Made by a program: the position numbers and the translations under genes. DNA of 63,808 bases, the filler included, from Trichomonas gallinae (Eukaryota), in NCBI GenBank assembly GCA_008369845.1. It is 10 parts of 10 records of this genome, joined end to end, with 100 filler letters (N's around TTAATTAATTAA, not from the genome) between each part and the next. Parts side by side here need not be neighbours in the genome. Positions count along the whole stretch, not along the records: positions 1 to 29,511 come from MRSU01001115.1; positions 29,612 to 31,005 come from MRSU01001124.1; positions 31,106 to 38,092 come from MRSU01001126.1; 7 more parts are not named here. The stretch is one strand, 5' to 3'. Position 1 is the stretch's first letter; the number at the start of each line of letters is the position of its first letter. Shown in pieces: positions 23,029 through 34,112 of this stretch. The notes under the pieces were generated by a model, which saw only the letters and a list, made by a program, of their open reading frames with translations, did not search any database and was not told the DNA's origin.

Positions 23029-23625
23029 TTGGAATATAAGATTCATCGATTTGTATATAAAGAAGCAAATCCAACCAATGGCATTATAAGCTATGTTCAT
23101 GCAAAAAATTCTTCTGAATTAAATGTATCTGTCAGTTCTGCGAGAAAAGGCAATGCAGAGATAATTTTTGATGGGAAGAACCATGATTGGGAGTCAAATC
23201 CTATTCCAAATCAATGGTTTTCAATTAAATTTAATAATTTTTTAGTTAAAGTTGATTTTTTGTCAATGTATGGGTGTCATACCGGTAATTGTCCGATGGG
23301 ATTTGATGTTTATGCATTAAATTCCAAAGGTGAAAGAGAATTGATTTGTAAACTGAATGAAACTGATAAAAAGAATGTCATCGACAAAACGATTAAACTA
23401 AATTGCTCATCTACAACATTTTATTCAGATTTCCTTTTACAACAAACAAAACTAAATACTCATAATAATGACATTTTTGGATTTTATTATTTTGAATTAT
23501 TCGGTGATCTATATAATATGAATACACCCAAATACCACATTTGTTCGAATAACGCTGCAAACTATGAATTTAGATTCTCCTGGTTCTATTCAGTTTTTTA
23601 TCTAATTTATAGTGACAATACATAA
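23029..23625 (+). CDS. F5/8 type C-like protein, copy A4 (begins at TTG)
   Basis: LEYKIHRF...DWESNPIPNQWFSIKF...FELFGDL; in-frame TGA at 23011. Confidence 0.75.
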   Translation: MEYKIHRFVYKEANPTNGIISYVHAKNSSELNVSVSSARKGNAEIIFDGKNHDWESNPIPNQWFSIKFNNFLVKVDFLSMYGCHTGNCPMGFDVYALNSKGERELICKLNETDKKNVIDKTIKLNCSSTTFYSDFLLQQTKLNTHNNDIFGFYYFELFGDLYNMNTPKYHICSNNAANYEFRFSWFYSVFYLIYSDNT

Positions 23626-23855
23626 ATATTTTTAATTAAATGCATGACAAAAAAAAATGTCCACGTTTATTGTTCCATGCCGCAAATTCCCAAAAATAAC
23701 TTAAAACCTAATAAAATTAATATAAAAACCTGGTGCAATTACATAAGCGAATTGAGACTCAATACGCTAAGGCTAAACGTGACTTGGGGTTAAAAGTGTC
23801 ATTGTGTCCTCATAAAATATGCTTATTATGATAAAATGATGATTTTAATAGATAT

Positions 23856-24452
23856 ATGCTACCATACAAGTTTTACAGATTCAGCCCTGATTCTTCAAAA
23901 GAGCCGCCAGGCATTATTAAGAAAATTTATGCAAAAGATCCAGCATTAATTTCTTTATCTGCGAGTTCGACAAGTCATGGGAGATTAACTGATATATTTG
24001 ATGGTTACAAATCATATTGGGAATCGAATAATGTTTCAAATTCCTGGTATTCGATTAAATTTAAATATTATTTAATAAAATTAAATTCATTTTCGATGTT
24101 CGCATGTTATAATAAAAATTGTCCGACTGGATTTAATGTATTTGGAATTTCACAGAATGGAGTAAGAGAATTGATTTGTGCTTTTAGTCATTCTGATGAT
24201 ACTTATTTTAGAAATCATATTGCCAACTGGCCTTGCGTATCTAATACATTCTATTCTAACATTACTTTTGAACAGAATAAGTTGACAGGTCAAAATACAA
24301 ATATATTTGGATTTTATTTCTTTGAATTTTTTGGAGACCTATATGATATTAACGCTCCAAGAGTATATCCATGTTCCTGCCCTATAAATGTTTACTTAAA
24401 ATATATCCAAGGCTCATATTTAATGACCGTATTGCCATTCCTAGATATGTGA
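23856..24452 (+). CDS. F5/8 type C-like protein, copy A5 (the only copy with ATG, directly before the conserved Leu)
   Basis: MLPYKFYRF...SYWESNNVSNSWYSIKF...FEFFGDL. Confidence 0.78.
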   Translation: MLPYKFYRFSPDSSKEPPGIIKKIYAKDPALISLSASSTSHGRLTDIFDGYKSYWESNNVSNSWYSIKFKYYLIKLNSFSMFACYNKNCPTGFNVFGISQNGVRELICAFSHSDDTYFRNHIANWPCVSNTFYSNITFEQNKLTGQNTNIFGFYFFEFFGDLYDINAPRVYPCSCPINVYLKYIQGSYLMTVLPFLDM

Positions 24453-24821
24453 GATACATGTTATTCTTAGATTTAAAAATAAAAACATTATCAATATGAA
24501 TTTCTTTATGGTCTTGTTATATGATATATGTATACATTATTCAATTTCTAATTATACCAAAGTTTTGAGGAAATTGTTTAATATTGAAACAAAAAGGTGT
24601 AAAAGATATTTATTGGATATTCAATATAAAAACTGCGTTTCGACATCAAAAAATTCGAGTGCTCACGCATGCGTATTTAAAAAAAATAACTCTAAAATTA
24701 TCTTTAAAAAATGTAACTTCAATTAAGAATACAAAGTTTACTATATACATTTTAAAATACGGTTGCTATTTGAATTAATGAATTATCGTTGAGAAAAATA
24801 ACATTTTATTTTGATAGTTGA

Positions 24822-27800
24822 TTATGGAAGAATAAAATGAAGCAAATCTTCATATTCACGGCGCGAAAGTTTAATAAATGCCGAATAAAGTTCATCGTTA
24901 TTAATAATGCTTCGTACTTCCTCAATGGATTTAACAAATTTATCAACAAACTCTGGTTTGCAAGTTCGAATAAAGTGAGCCAAGAAGACGACACTGAATA
25001 TATCGATATCAGGGTTGATGCAGATCTGCCCAACAACAATGAACATTGGGTCAAATGTAGCTGGAGACATGCGAAGCGCATTAGATAATATAAGGCAAGT
25101 CTCGACATTTCTAAAACGACGGAAAATAGTCTCAGAAGCTTTGATGTAGTCAACAACGAAGTCAATGTTATCACGTGATGTACGTGTTAAATATTCATAA
25201 TAAGATGAAAGTATGCGAGAAACTCCACTGCTGAATACAACACTGAAAGAGTTGATCATTAGTTGAGTGTCTAGTTTGATGTTGCCACTCTTGCGAAGAA
25301 GAAGACAGTTGGCTTCAATGAATGTTGAAAATCTTGGATCGGAAGATCTGACCATTGTAGTCTTGGATAATTTAGGAAGGAACTCGCTTCTGATGTTGTC
25401 GAATTTCATGTAGTTGCAGAGTGAAATTGTGAAGTCGCTGATGATTTTTGTTGCAGCTGGATTTGTGCGAAGGAAAGTAATAGCTGACTCTGATTTCCAA
25501 AGGCAATCATATATAGCTTCCCATATATATACTTTGTATGGGCATCTGAGAAGAAATGTTACGCATTCTAATCCGTGAATCTTCGATGATGGAAGCTCGA
25601 GCGATAAAATATTAGATATGTAGCCTCTCTTAACCATGTTTCCTGAATTAGCGAACGAGAAAACTTCGCATAGACACATGCTGAATGTTTCTATGCGACT
25701 GTTAGATCGTTCGTGTTCATCTATATCAGAGAGAAGCCTGTCACCTGGTCCGCGAGCTCTGAAGAAGTAAGCGAATATTCCTGAAAGTTCCCTGCGAGCT
25801 GTATCATTTGCGCGCATGAATGGATGAAGGAGACCGATGTATTCGGCTCTGAACATTGAAGCATCATTGGACTGAAGATTTGGATTGATAGATGAAAAAT
25901 GGCATCTTATCATTCTCAATAGAGAAGTAATCTTTTTAGAAGAATAATCTTTGTCGACTTTTTTAATCTGAGCGAAATTGAATTCTGTGATAACTTCTGG
26001 AGAATTATTGAATTTAGAAAGGAAAATTGTGAGTTTGATGAAATTCTTGCTTTTTGCAACGAAACTTGACAAAAATATCTTCAAATAGTGCGAAATATTA
26101 TTCTTGATGATTATATCTGTGATTGTGTATTTGCTTGTTAACTCATTTATTAGATTTGAGTCTTTGTGATCATTCAATGTTTTTTCGTTTAATTTCAGGA
26201 GTCTCAAGACATTTTCGTTTGATGACTTAATGAATTTGTTATATATTTCTTCTTTGATAATTAGATTGTGGCGTTCACAATATGATGCCATTGCGATGAA
26301 CAAATCTTCGTCAATTTTATCGATAGTAATTGATTCAATAAGATTGTCCAATAATGTTTGTGTGATTTTTTGTGTTGAGAATCTGAAGAATGATTTGATG
26401 AGAGAAATTTCACTGCATATTTCTCCTTTAGGAAGTGTATTTGATATTGTTGCTTTCTTGCTGCAGTTTGTCGTGATTTTTTCATGGAATTCTTTTGTTT
26501 CGATATTCTGGATAAATCTTGAGAATCTCTTTGGATATTTCTTGCTAAACTCGTCAAGATTTGTTATTTTTATGTTATCATATTTAAGAGCAAACATTAT
26601 ATGTTTGTCATCTGTTGATTCCGAAATATTAACATTATAATTTTGTAATGATTTGACGTATGAAGCAAAATCTGTGTCAAGAATTGGCCAATCGTCAAAT
26701 TTGATTGTTTCTGGGATAGTTTGTGGTTGTTGATTTGTTTTGATATTAAGAAGGAAAAGTTCTAATTCATCATTAATTGATGATTTGATTTGTTCGAATC
26801 TGCTTTGAGCTTGATTTTCATCAACTGTTTTTGCAATTTGATAAAATAATTTTAATTCGGTTGCATTGAGAGAAGATTCATTCATTACTCCTAAGAAATG
26901 GTTAGAAATGTTTGCTATAAAATCTTGTCCACAATTGCAAAAGAAATCAGCACAGATAGAAAGGGTGTGAAGGGAGCTGCTGCATGTGACAATGTTTAAG
27001 ACAGATTTTGCGAAATTAACGAATGATTCTGTTTTTGAATTTTCGAATACCTTTGTGCAACATGGAATTATTTCGTCTGGGAATATTTTGACGAGATTGG
27101 ACATGAATGATGTGCAAATTATTGGATTAATTTCCATCAAGAAAAGGAATGAACTCAAAAGTGCAGAATATGATGATGATTTATCTAATAATGAAAGATC
27201 TGATGCAACTATATCAGTTTCTAAAGTACTTATCAAAGCAGGAAGGTCATCATACTTAAGTAATGATTGTATTGGTGGATCATTTTGTGTGACAGATTTG
27301 TACAATCGACAAACCCAATCTAGTGTAAAGTCTCTTAAATTCTGCGATGATTTAATTTTGAATTTCGAAATAAATTTGAAACCCAAATCAGCAACTTGTG
27401 GAGTTGTTGTGTGGAATTCAACTAACTCACAAACAACGTAAACGTGCTTAATGAGTTTGTCGAATGGAATAATGCATGAAACAGCATTCAAAACACTTAA
27501 ATATCTGACGCATGAATCCGAATCAAAAATGTCTGTTTTTGAAATTATTTCGTCAATCAAACCAAAATTATCCAATGTTATGAAGTTTTTAACGACTTTA
27601 GTTGCTGTCCTTGATAACTCATCCTGTTGTGCAAAAGCATAATTGACTATAATTTTAACGACGAGTTTTTCGAGATTCTGATCCAATGAAAATATTCCGT
27701 CTATTGTGATTTTATCCAATAATTTCACTAAAGCGTTTTGCTGGACCCATGTCATGTTTTCTATTGCAATGAGATGATATATGATATGCTTGACACCTTC

Positions 27801-28967
27801 TTTGTCATATTTGATCATTTTATCCACAGATTCTGAAATTGAAATAATTAATGCAGTTAAAGGATCTCCATTTGAGTTTAGATTGGCCTTAAACTCATTT
27901 ATGACTAATTTAATTGTGCCTAAGTTCTGTGTTTGCTGCAAAAGATATGATAAAGCTTTAAATTTAGTGCATCTCAGACTTCCTGGGTCTTCTTCGTTGA
28001 TTTTGAGGTCATCGAATGATGTTGGTAACATAAGAAGTAATTTCACAAAATGCTTTGGATATTCTCTTGATTTTGTTACAGAATTAATTTTTTGCGAGAA
28101 TTTTTCAAAATCTTCGCCAGAAAGTCTAAGAGCATATGCTGATAACAATCCTGTTGCTTGTTCAAACTCAGATAGATTTGTGTTTTCTTTCTGTAGTGTA
28201 TCAAATCCGAGATCTAGAATTAAATTTCGATATTCATCCGTCAAAACTGGATAAATCTGATCATTACCTATTAACTGTGGTCCAAATGCCAATATTGACT
28301 GATCGAGCTTGTTTCCAATGCAAAAAGACATTAAATCGCTGATTAAAATTTGCGGATTAAGGAGAATAAGTTCTATTGTAGAATTCACGTAGTAATGATT
28401 TGGATTGCGACCAAAAGAGATCAATAAACTGCGTAAAAAGTTCTGATGGAACTGTATAGGCAATTTTTTCATCAATTTAACTAAATGTGGCACATGTTGA
28501 ATGAAATCGCTAACATCAACGCTGAAATGATGCAATACTGGTGTATTGATAATGAATTTGTCTAAATCTAAAGGATTTACGAATTTCAGTAAATATAGAA
28601 AACTCGAAATTATTGCAATTGATGTTGAGGGAGAATCAGCTTTCGCTGACTGAATAGCTACAGAAAGTCCACGTAATGTTTGTATTGGCGCAAATGGCGT
28701 AATTGTCAATATAAATGCGCCCAAAGCTGAATAAACGTTGATTTTGACATTAGGATCGTTTGTGTTTGCTAATGTAAACAATGTGAGTAATATACTTGAA
28801 ATACAAGCCTCTGGATTCTCTTTTAGCAATGGCTCAATCCAATGTAACGAGAATTTCGCGCGCAAAGCTTGAAGAACAGACACGAGTTCAGATGCCTTGG
28901 CCGGTGGATTCTGAATGAAGTCGACAAGTTTGTAAAAATGATAATCATGCTGAGTAACTTTCAGCAT
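24822..28967 (-). CDS. Large hypothetical protein, probably ARM/HEAT-repeat alpha-solenoid, 1381 aa
   Basis: Long intact ORF, amphipathic helical composition, HEAT-like segment NDPNVKINVYSALGAF. Confidence 0.75.
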   Translation of the reverse strand: MLKVTQHDYHFYKLVDFIQNPPAKASELVSVLQALRAKFSLHWIEPLLKENPEACISSILLTLFTLANTNDPNVKINVYSALGAFILTITPFAPIQTLRGLSVAIQSAKADSPSTSIAIISSFLYLLKFVNPLDLDKFIINTPVLHHFSVDVSDFIQHVPHLVKLMKKLPIQFHQNFLRSLLISFGRNPNHYYVNSTIELILLNPQILISDLMSFCIGNKLDQSILAFGPQLIGNDQIYPVLTDEYRNLILDLGFDTLQKENTNLSEFEQATGLLSAYALRLSGEDFEKFSQKINSVTKSREYPKHFVKLLLMLPTSFDDLKINEEDPGSLRCTKFKALSYLLQQTQNLGTIKLVINEFKANLNSNGDPLTALIISISESVDKMIKYDKEGVKHIIYHLIAIENMTWVQQNALVKLLDKITIDGIFSLDQNLEKLVVKIIVNYAFAQQDELSRTATKVVKNFITLDNFGLIDEIISKTDIFDSDSCVRYLSVLNAVSCIIPFDKLIKHVYVVCELVEFHTTTPQVADLGFKFISKFKIKSSQNLRDFTLDWVCRLYKSVTQNDPPIQSLLKYDDLPALISTLETDIVASDLSLLDKSSSYSALLSSFLFLMEINPIICTSFMSNLVKIFPDEIIPCCTKVFENSKTESFVNFAKSVLNIVTCSSSLHTLSICADFFCNCGQDFIANISNHFLGVMNESSLNATELKLFYQIAKTVDENQAQSRFEQIKSSINDELELFLLNIKTNQQPQTIPETIKFDDWPILDTDFASYVKSLQNYNVNISESTDDKHIMFALKYDNIKITNLDEFSKKYPKRFSRFIQNIETKEFHEKITTNCSKKATISNTLPKGEICSEISLIKSFFRFSTQKITQTLLDNLIESITIDKIDEDLFIAMASYCERHNLIIKEEIYNKFIKSSNENVLRLLKLNEKTLNDHKDSNLINELTSKYTITDIIIKNNISHYLKIFLSSFVAKSKNFIKLTIFLSKFNNSPEVITEFNFAQIKKVDKDYSSKKITSLLRMIRCHFSSINPNLQSNDASMFRAEYIGLLHPFMRANDTARRELSGIFAYFFRARGPGDRLLSDIDEHERSNSRIETFSMCLCEVFSFANSGNMVKRGYISNILSLELPSSKIHGLECVTFLLRCPYKVYIWEAIYDCLWKSESAITFLRTNPAATKIISDFTISLCNYMKFDNIRSEFLPKLSKTTMVRSSDPRFSTFIEANCLLLRKSGNIKLDTQLMINSFSVVFSSGVSRILSSYYEYLTRTSRDNIDFVVDYIKASETIFRRFRNVETCLILSNALRMSPATFDPMFIVVGQICINPDIDIFSVVFLAHFIRTCKPEFVDKFVKSIEEVRSIINNDELYSAFIKLSRREYEDLLHFILP

Positions 28968-29434
28968 TTTTTTGCTAAAACTGGCAATTTTTGTAATATT
29001 TGTTTCCTTATATTCTCAATAAAATAAATCAAGTTTGTCATTTTGTTGTGAAAAATATCGATATTTTTTGAGAAAAAGCTATTTGAGTGTTATTACTATC
29101 ATTGAACTCTTCTGTAGCATATTGATATATAATATATTTTATGAAATCGTATTGTTGTGCATTTGATTTTTGAAAATATTGAAAGATAAAAATTTTTGAT
29201 CTATATTCAACTCGGCTAACTATTAATAGTATAGAATTAAGGTTTATTATCATATCCATCAATCTACAACTTAGAAAACGAGGCAAAAATAATACAAGAT
29301 AATATCTCCAAATTATAGGATTTTGTCTTGAGCAAAAATATAATATATATATATGGAAACAATGTATTGATAAAAAAAATTATAAAAACTAAATATTTTT
29401 ATCATAGAAGCTTCTAAATGACAAAAACTCGAAA

Positions 29435-29506
29435 GGGTGCATAGCTCAGTGGTAGAGCGCAACATTTGCATTGTTGAGGCCGAGGATTCGATCTCCCCTG
29501 CATCCA
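29435..29506 (+). tRNA. tRNA-Ala(TGC)
   Basis: Cloverleaf: acceptor GGGTGCA/TGCATCC with G3:U70, D arm GCTC/GAGC, anticodon stem CAACA/TGTTG with loop TTTGCAT, T loop TTCGATC, discriminator A, downstream T run. Confidence 0.9.
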
Positions 29507-29511
29507 ATTTT

Positions 29512-29611
29512 NNNNNNNNNNNNNNNNNNNNNNNNNNNNNNNNNNNNNNNNNNNNTTAATTAATTAANNNNNNNNNNNNNNNNNNNNNNNNNNNNNNNNN
29601 NNNNNNNNNNN
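29512..29611. other. Artificial contig linker (N44-TTAATTAATTAA-N44)
   Basis: Six-frame-stop spacer; the same linker occurs at 31006-31105, 38093-38192, 40845-40944, 44602-44701, 51392-51491, 55769-55868, 56881-56980 and 62400-62499. Confidence 0.97.
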
Positions 29612-31105
29612 ATTTTTGCTGTTACAGGTTTGTAGTTAATCTATTAAACAATCTAATAGATTAACTTGAAGTAACTCGGGGTCGAAATTTTGGAATAAGG
29701 TTATGAGTCGGAAACCCTTTATATTTTACCAAATTACAGTCGATATGAAATATATGATTATTTCTTTGGTTATATACTATACAGAACTTATATTCTCATT
29801 TTGTGTTATTTCTGGATTCATTTAATGAATCTAATGAATAAATTTGAATTCGATTTTAGTGATAAAATAGATTTCATCTGTTTTATCAATAAATATTGCA
29901 TTAAGAATCATGTAGATATTTCAAGCGAATAGCATGAAACTATCCTAATTGAACACCCATTATAATTTGACATATAAAGTAATGATTTTTTTCATAATGT
30001 CAAATTACCATCTTGCTGACTCTTACATGGGTCATTAGTCAGCCACGTTTAAAATTTCCATTTCATTGATTAACACTGGGATTGCTAAATATGCATTCCT
30101 ATATTGCATTATGGAGCTCCTTAGGCACAAAATAAATGTCCACATTTTTTTTGTCAAAAATGTAAATATAAGGTTAATTTTAATGTAAAAAATGTGTATT
30201 TTCATTGAGAAATTTCCAGATTTAGGGATAATCATTTGAAAGAAATTTGCGATTTCCGCCTCCTAGAATAATTATTCAATGAGTTCTTACAAAAAAGTCA
30301 TGTAAAATGAACCTACCTTTTGAAACAACAAAAGAATTTAAGCTACAAAGCAAAAGGAAAAAATCGACGCGGATAGGGTAAGATCATGGCCAAAATGACC
30401 ATATCCTATCACTTCAGATTTAAAAAATATTTAAAATTCATGGAATTTTCGATTTGATATCCAAAATATCCATTGAAAACAATAAACTCTTTTCATAACA
30501 ATAGCAACTATATCATTGCTTATTTTCTTGGCATCTTGGATGACATAATTGATTCATTGAGTACTTGAGGTGATTTTTTGTGGTCCAAAGCAAGCTTTCA
30601 TTAATATAAAAATCTCAGTAATAGTAACTGATATAGTTCAAATATCAGTCTTTTTATTGCTGTTTTGACTATCTGGGAATCCAGTTCCAAATTAGACGTC
30701 TGTAGTTGATATTACATATAGATGTTTGTAATATTAATGGAGGCGATGTTAGCCCTGAGAATTAATACGTTTTGGAGTAGAGCACAGATTACGAAAATTC
30801 AAATTTTCTTGAAAGGAGCTGAAAACGTATAGGAATCGCATTCAGATAGAAGTAGAATGAAGCATGCTAGATTCGTGATGAACTTTTTTGGAAATGATTT
30901 TAAGAGCGATTTGACGTATAAAATAAGTTTACAAGCCAATATTTAAATTGTTTGACAAATAAAATTAATTTACATGCCAATAATATATTCTTCAATGTTT
31001 TGATCNNNNNNNNNNNNNNNNNNNNNNNNNNNNNNNNNNNNNNNNNNNNTTAATTAATTAANNNNNNNNNNNNNNNNNNNNNNNNNNNNNNNNNNNNNNN
31101 NNNNN

Positions 31106-31933
31106 AAATTCAGCGAAAACAAAGAAACAACCGATTTACTTATTGAATCCACCATTTTTGATAGTTGTTCATCGACATCACATGGGGGATCTCTTCATTT
31201 TGAAAAAGGTGAATGCATCCAAGAACGTGTTTGCTACTACAACTCTACTTCAACTCAATGGGGACATGCATATTCATCTGTTGTCACCATACGACAAAGA
31301 AATTATGCAAAAATGTCGAGCTTTTGTTCATGTGGCAATTTTGACAAATCAATTTGTATTAATCCAGATTATGGAATTGTTCAAATTGATAATGTTAATA
31401 TGTCTAATAATATAGGAATTAATAGACCGTTATATGATATTGATAGTGCTGAATCAAATAGTTTCATCCAATACACAGAATTCATAAATAATATCGAAAA
31501 AAGCCCATCAGCCTATACTTATTATGCAGGAGCAGATTTCAAAGTCATGAACTGTAATTTTTTGAAAAATCATGGACAAACAAATCCAATTGATAAATTA
31601 TTGTATTGTTATTCATCTACAACAGTTGAAAATTGCTGTTTCAAAGAAAATAATTGTCAATATGCATTTTATGTTGTATCCGGAAAAACAATGATAGTTC
31701 AAAATTGTTATTATGATATATCAACAACTTCAGGAGGTGCAGTTCAGTTTGTCTCCCCAAAAGGTGACAGCAATCCCGTTTCATTGACGCAATTCTTTAT
31801 AGAGAATTGCTTTGGTGCCCAGCAAAAACGAAACAATTATATCTGCTCATGCAATGATATATATCAATATCAAAGCCTAATAAATTTACTTACAAAATCA
31901 TTTCATATCTCAATATTAATAGAAATTTATTAA
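31106..31933 (+). CDS. Right-handed beta-helix / Pmp-like Cys-Asn-rich protein, copy B1, 3' part (5' part at 37860-38092)
   Basis: Open frame from the contig start KFSENKETTDLLIESTIFDSCSSTSHGGSLHFEKGECIQERVCY into track ORF 31313..31933. Confidence 0.75.
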   Translation, partial: KFSENKETTDLLIESTIFDSCSSTSHGGSLHFEKGECIQERVCYYNSTSTQWGHAYSSVVTIRQRNYAKMSSFCSCGNFDKSICINPDYGIVQIDNVNMSNNIGINRPLYDIDSAESNSFIQYTEFINNIEKSPSAYTYYAGADFKVMNCNFLKNHGQTNPIDKLLYCYSSTTVENCCFKENNCQYAFYVVSGKTMIVQNCYYDISTTSGGAVQFVSPKGDSNPVSLTQFFIENCFGAQQKRNNYICSCNDIYQYQSLINLLTKSFHISILIEIY

Positions 31934-32103
31934 CAGAATCAACAATTGCATTAAATCATTTTAACACATTAGATTAATTCAACAAATAAATATTACTATA
32001 ACAAATACAATATAAAATTTCCAAATCATGATTGATTTGAGTTTGAGTTTCTTTATTATTCTTAGTAGGTAATAGTTTTCCCAATGAAATTTATGATTAA
32101 TTG

Positions 32104-33141
32104 ATGCGAGGAATGTCAAATTTCATATCGGATGGAATTAAGGATAAAAATTTAGCAAAGATTTTTCTTATACTTAAGGATTGGAATTCATATTACGGTA
32201 ATACAGACCATGAATCAATTCAAAACAAAATACCACAAAAAAACTTATTTGTTACATATGGAGCATCATATTATATTTTCCTATGTAACTTTATCTTACA
32301 AAGAACAAATGGAGCCATCAGGTTTACAAAGAATACAGAATCCACGAATCTGCTAGTTGAATTCAGCATATTTGATAGCTGTTCATCGATATTTGATGGT
32401 GGATCCCTTTATTTTAAAGATGGAGAATGCATCCAGGAAAGAATTTGTTATATTAATTCAACATCTGATAACTATGCTCATGCAATATGGACTCAAAGCT
32501 CTACAGGCCGCAAGAACTTCCTTAAATTATCAAGTGTTTTCTCTTGTGGTACATTTGAAAAAAGTACCAGTATTACATTAGGGAGAGGCTTTATTCAAGT
32601 GGAAAATTTCAACATGTCAAACAATATTGGAAGAAGTGCAGGATATTATTTGTATACAGAAGATATATGGAATTTTATTCAATTTTCAGATGTAATAAAT
32701 AATACCGACAAATCACAGACAAATCCTTATTTTCAAAATTGCAATAATTTTAAAATAATGAACTGCAACTATCTAGAAAATCATGCGCAAACTGCAAAAA
32801 TTAATGCATTGTTGTTTTTTTACAAGCAAGCAACTATTGAGAATTCATGTTTCAAGAAAAATAAATGTATTTATATTTTCCAAGCAGATGAAAATTATAA
32901 AGTAACGGTTATTAACTGTTATTATGATATGTCAGCAGTATCAGGAAGTGTTCAATTTAGTTCATCCAAGAGTGATAATAATACGATCTCAATAACTCTC
33001 TTGGATCTTGAAGAATGCTTCAATTTTATAAATATTCAAGCAGCAAAGAAAATTTCAAGTTCATGCAACGATAATTCAAAGCATCACAGCTTGATTAATT
33101 ACCTATCCAAAACAGTCTATACATCAGTTCATAGCGAATGA
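32104..33141 (+). CDS. Beta-helix / Pmp-like protein, copy B2 (has an upstream in-frame ATG)
   Basis: DWNSYYG, NGAIRF, FDSCSS...GGSLYF, CNY..N, NCYYD motifs shared across the array. Confidence 0.78.
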   Translation: MRGMSNFISDGIKDKNLAKIFLILKDWNSYYGNTDHESIQNKIPQKNLFVTYGASYYIFLCNFILQRTNGAIRFTKNTESTNLLVEFSIFDSCSSIFDGGSLYFKDGECIQERICYINSTSDNYAHAIWTQSSTGRKNFLKLSSVFSCGTFEKSTSITLGRGFIQVENFNMSNNIGRSAGYYLYTEDIWNFIQFSDVINNTDKSQTNPYFQNCNNFKIMNCNYLENHAQTAKINALLFFYKQATIENSCFKKNKCIYIFQADENYKVTVINCYYDMSAVSGSVQFSSSKSDNNTISITLLDLEECFNFINIQAAKKISSSCNDNSKHHSLINYLSKTVYTSVHSE

Positions 33142-33499
33142 TATATAATTCAAACATGAAATTTAAAAGTTTTACCTTCCCAAAGATTAACGTGTTAAAA
33201 AATACAATTGGAAAATTATTCTTCGAGTTTAATTCAATTATTATGAAATCCAAATTAATAATTCTACTATGCTTATGAAAATTAAATCCTTCAAAAAATG
33301 AACAAAAATAGAAATAAATTTTCAGATCACAGAAACTCAATATAATGATGAGTATAACCATACTCAAATGCTTTAGTTCAAAGCACAGCATTCAATTCTT
33401 TTGTCATATTTCATATCGGATAATGATAATCATGATGACAATGTAATTAATAATAATTTTCGAGGATTGGATTGATCAAATCCGAAATACAAACAATGA

Positions 33500-33773
33500 T
33501 ACTGTTCGAATATTTTTCAATTCAAGGATCTGCTTTGAATATTATTAATTGTTGTTATGACAATTCAGCAGCAACAGGAAGCATTCATTTATATCATTCA
33601 ATAACAGCAAAAGTACAATTTCTATTACTAAATTGAATGATGAAGAATGTTTCAGTTATTTTTCAATCAGAAAAGACATTAAAAATATCTATTCATACAA
33701 CAATCCGAAACAAAATAGTTTGATAAAATTTCTAGAATTGTGTATTTCAATTTATGTTAAAAAAATAATATAG
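33500..33773 (+). pseudogene. Decayed 3' remnant of a family B gene
   Basis: LNIINCCYDNSAATGSI, a frameshift, then STISITKLNDEECFSYF...NSLIKFLELCISIYVKKII*; matches the B2 C-terminus. Confidence 0.65.
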
Positions 33774-34112
33774 AATTAGTTAAAATTGTGATGAAAGAAA
33801 ATTAGCAAAGCCTGAAACTAACTTAATGGACATGATAACAATGATTATTGCAATAATACTTTTAGAAAAAAGGTTGATGTAAAATAGCAAATTAAATAGA
33901 ATTCGCTTTTATAATAAAATCTGTTACATCATGATAGTTTCTTAATCAAAGAAGTATTCGATAGTTCTGTTTTAGCTTATTCCTGAATTAAATTGCAGCA
34001 TACATACATAAATAACTAAGACTAAATTTACAGATACTTCACAGTAAATTAAAAAATTGAATCATAATGTCACATTTCTTATTCATGAAGTAGTGCTGGA
34101 AAAATATGATAA

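Noticed and set aside
29612..31005. Contig with patches that look like decayed coding sequence
   Set aside because: Only short ORFs, and no recognisable protein in the frames examined
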